A DNA stretch of 62,745 bases, the filler included. It is 9 parts of 9 records of this genome, joined end to end, with 100 filler letters (N's around TTAATTAATTAA, not from the genome) between each part and the next. Parts side by side here need not be neighbours in the genome. Positions count along the whole stretch, not along the records: positions 56,412 to 62,745 come from DRR723986_32925; 8 more parts are not named here. The stretch is one strand, 5' to 3'. The translations under genes and the position numbers were made by a program. The notes beneath the pieces were generated by a model. The model was not told where the DNA came from. It saw nothing but the letters and a program-made list of their open reading frames with translations, and did not search any database. This document shows, piece after piece, positions 61,269-62,745 of this stretch. The stretch's first letter is position 1; the number at the start of each line of letters is the position of its first letter.

Positions 61269-62369
61269 GTGGAACTAAAGCAGATTTTGGGCAGCGCCCT
61301 GGGGGGCGCCTGCATCGCCGCGTCGCTCGGCACGGCTGCGGTCGGACAAAGCGAGAGCGACGTGGCGCGCGAGGCTGTGATCACCGGACTTGGCGAGGTG
61401 CCGATCGCGGGCGCCGGATTGGGGCTTGTCGCCACCTTGTTCTGGACCGAACCCGACGAAATTGAGGAGTTGCGCGAAGAACTCATGGGCTACGTTGACT
61501 TCCGCATGGCGCAGGCCGCGCGCCAAATGATGACCGATGAAATCAGCGATGTGCAGAGCCATCTCACGAGCGCCACCGAATTTCAGACCGGCATCTACAG
61601 GCAAACGGGACCAGACGGCCGGCCACAGACGGTGCAGCGCGCGCCGTTGCCCGACGCGGCACGGCAGGAGTTCCTGTCTCTTTCCGTGGAAGCGGACAGT
61701 CTTATGCAGCGCCTGATTCCGCGCCTCGCCGGGGAAAGCACGGATGAGCTGTTGCTGGCTGTCGGCAGCGTGGCCGCGGTGCGCCTGCACGCGATGGAAG
61801 GGCACGGTGCACTTGAGTTCGGGGCCGCCTGGCCCCCCGCCGGGCCTTGCATTCCCGTGGCCAATGGGGGCGCGTCCGAAGGGATCGAGGCCCGCGCCTG
61901 CGCGTGGTATGGCGCCATGGCAAACGCCCGAAGCACCTAAATGCGTATCTTGGGGGACGAGGTGCGCGAGGCCATCGACCGGCGCGCCGCGCGGGTCACC
62001 TTCACCGACCGTCATACCAGCGTCAATATCAGGAACATAGGTCTGACGGACCGGTGCGCACAAAGCATCATCGACTCCATGGATGGCGCAATCAGCATGG
62101 AAACCTTTCAGCATCAAGAGTGGCGCGACGACCAGATGGTTGTGACCTGGCAAGTCAGCGCCTTCGGCGTCCTCGACTACTATGATTGTGTCTACCACGA
62201 AGTGCCGGCGGTGCCCGATCTGATGTATGCGCAATACCCTTGCGGTGTTACCAGATGCGTGGTCGAAAACGAGTATCGGGAGCGGTACTACTACATCATC
62301 GAAGCCCGTTTCCGGGCCGACACCTTCTGGCAGCAAGCGTTCATGAACGAATTGAGCGGGGCCTATTGA
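61269..62369 (+). pseudogene. Secreted protein with Cry/PirB (Endotoxin_N)-like N-terminus, split by an in-frame TAA at 61938-61940 (or two abutting genes)
   Basis: GGAGGG RBS + GTG, signal peptide, GLGEVPIAGAGLGLVATLFW...LMGYVDFRM; TAA immediately followed by in-frame ATG. Confidence 0.5.
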
Positions 62370-62424
62370 GACCGGCCTGAGGGTTCGGCACACGGGCCTG
62401 AGTGGCTTTCTTGTTGGAAATGCC

Positions 62425-62452
62425 AAAAAAAAGGGCGCCCCGAGGGGCGCCC
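62425..62452 (-). terminator. glnA intrinsic terminator
   Basis: GGGCGCCCC-ga-GGGGCGCCC with A8 (U8 on the minus strand). Confidence 0.85.
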
Positions 62453-62477
62453 AAATCCGGGTCTGCGAAACTGCCGA

Positions 62478-62745
62478 TCAGCAGGAATAGTACATCTTGT
62501 ACTCGATCGGGTGCGGGCAGTGTTCGAAGGCATAAACCTCGTCCCACTTCAGCTCCAGGTAGCCTTCGATCTGGTCCTTGGTGAACACGTCGCCTTTCAG
62601 CAGGAAGTCGTGGTCACTTTCCAGGCATTCCAGCGCTTCACGCAGGGATGCGCAAACGGTGGGGATGCCGGCCAGCTCTTCGGGCGGCAGATCGTACAGA
62701 TCCTTGTCGGACGCTTCGCCCGGATGGATCTTGTTCTCGATGCCG
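62478..62745 (-). CDS. glnA: Type I glutamine synthetase, C-terminal part (missed by the ORF track)
   Basis: Manual translation [38 protein letters not shown]...[12 protein letters not shown], including the adenylylation-site DLY. Confidence 0.96.
   Translation of the reverse strand, partial: GIENKIHPGEASDKDLYDLPPEELAGIPTVCASLREALECLESDHDFLLKGDVFTKDQIEGYLELKWDEVYAFEHCPHPIEYKMYYSC

Noticed and set aside
1-62745. CRISPR array, rRNA or tRNA genes
   Set aside because: No regularly spaced repeats with unique spacers and no recognisable structural RNA genes seen by eye; a covariance search was not possible.

Overview
This window is not one locus. It is nine contigs joined by eight identical 100-bp artificial linkers (44 N + TTAATTAATTAA + 44 N), from at least three kinds of organism, so it looks like a metagenome or mixed bin. 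(1) 1-7900, Planctomycete-like: a DUF2946-like His/Cys leader ending in RGPP, then DUF58, a transglutaminase-like membrane protein lacking the catalytic Cys, MoxR, a His-rich lipoprotein and a DUF318-type permease. (2) 8001-13252: a 1313-aa T9SS-type repeat protein bracketed by a perfect 30-bp inverted repeat, plus a partial GNAT. (3) 13353-19999, Planctomycete-like: an FHA-GAF sigma-54 activator, a broken STAND/TPR gene and hypotheticals. (4) 20100-30259, alphaproteobacterial-like: IorAB-type molybdoenzyme, cytochrome c, two SDRs sharing a 36-bp upstream motif, a GlxA-family regulator, MFS and an AhpD/CMD protein. (5) 30360-37485: small Cys-rich secreted protein, ECF sigma, membrane TPR anti-sigma-like protein and an exported TPR-CHAT caspase-like protease. 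(6) 37586-44377: K+ channel, GNAT, AlkD-like, DUF6503-like, LPD29-like, MerC-like and Fur-family genes. (7) 44478-50964: tniA-tniB-tniQ between two related winged-helix genes and an orphan scpB. (8) 51065-56311: alphaproteobacterial rlmN region. (9) 56412-62745: an array of secreted-protein genes between scpB and glnA, with a duplicated, decayed glnA 3' end bracketing a Cry/PirB-like gene. The best candidates for under-described systems are the Tni-ScpB-DUF1403 module, the CHAT/ECF/anti-sigma module, the RGPP-leader metal operon and the glnA-tail islet. All family calls come from recognising motifs by eye; no database searches were run.
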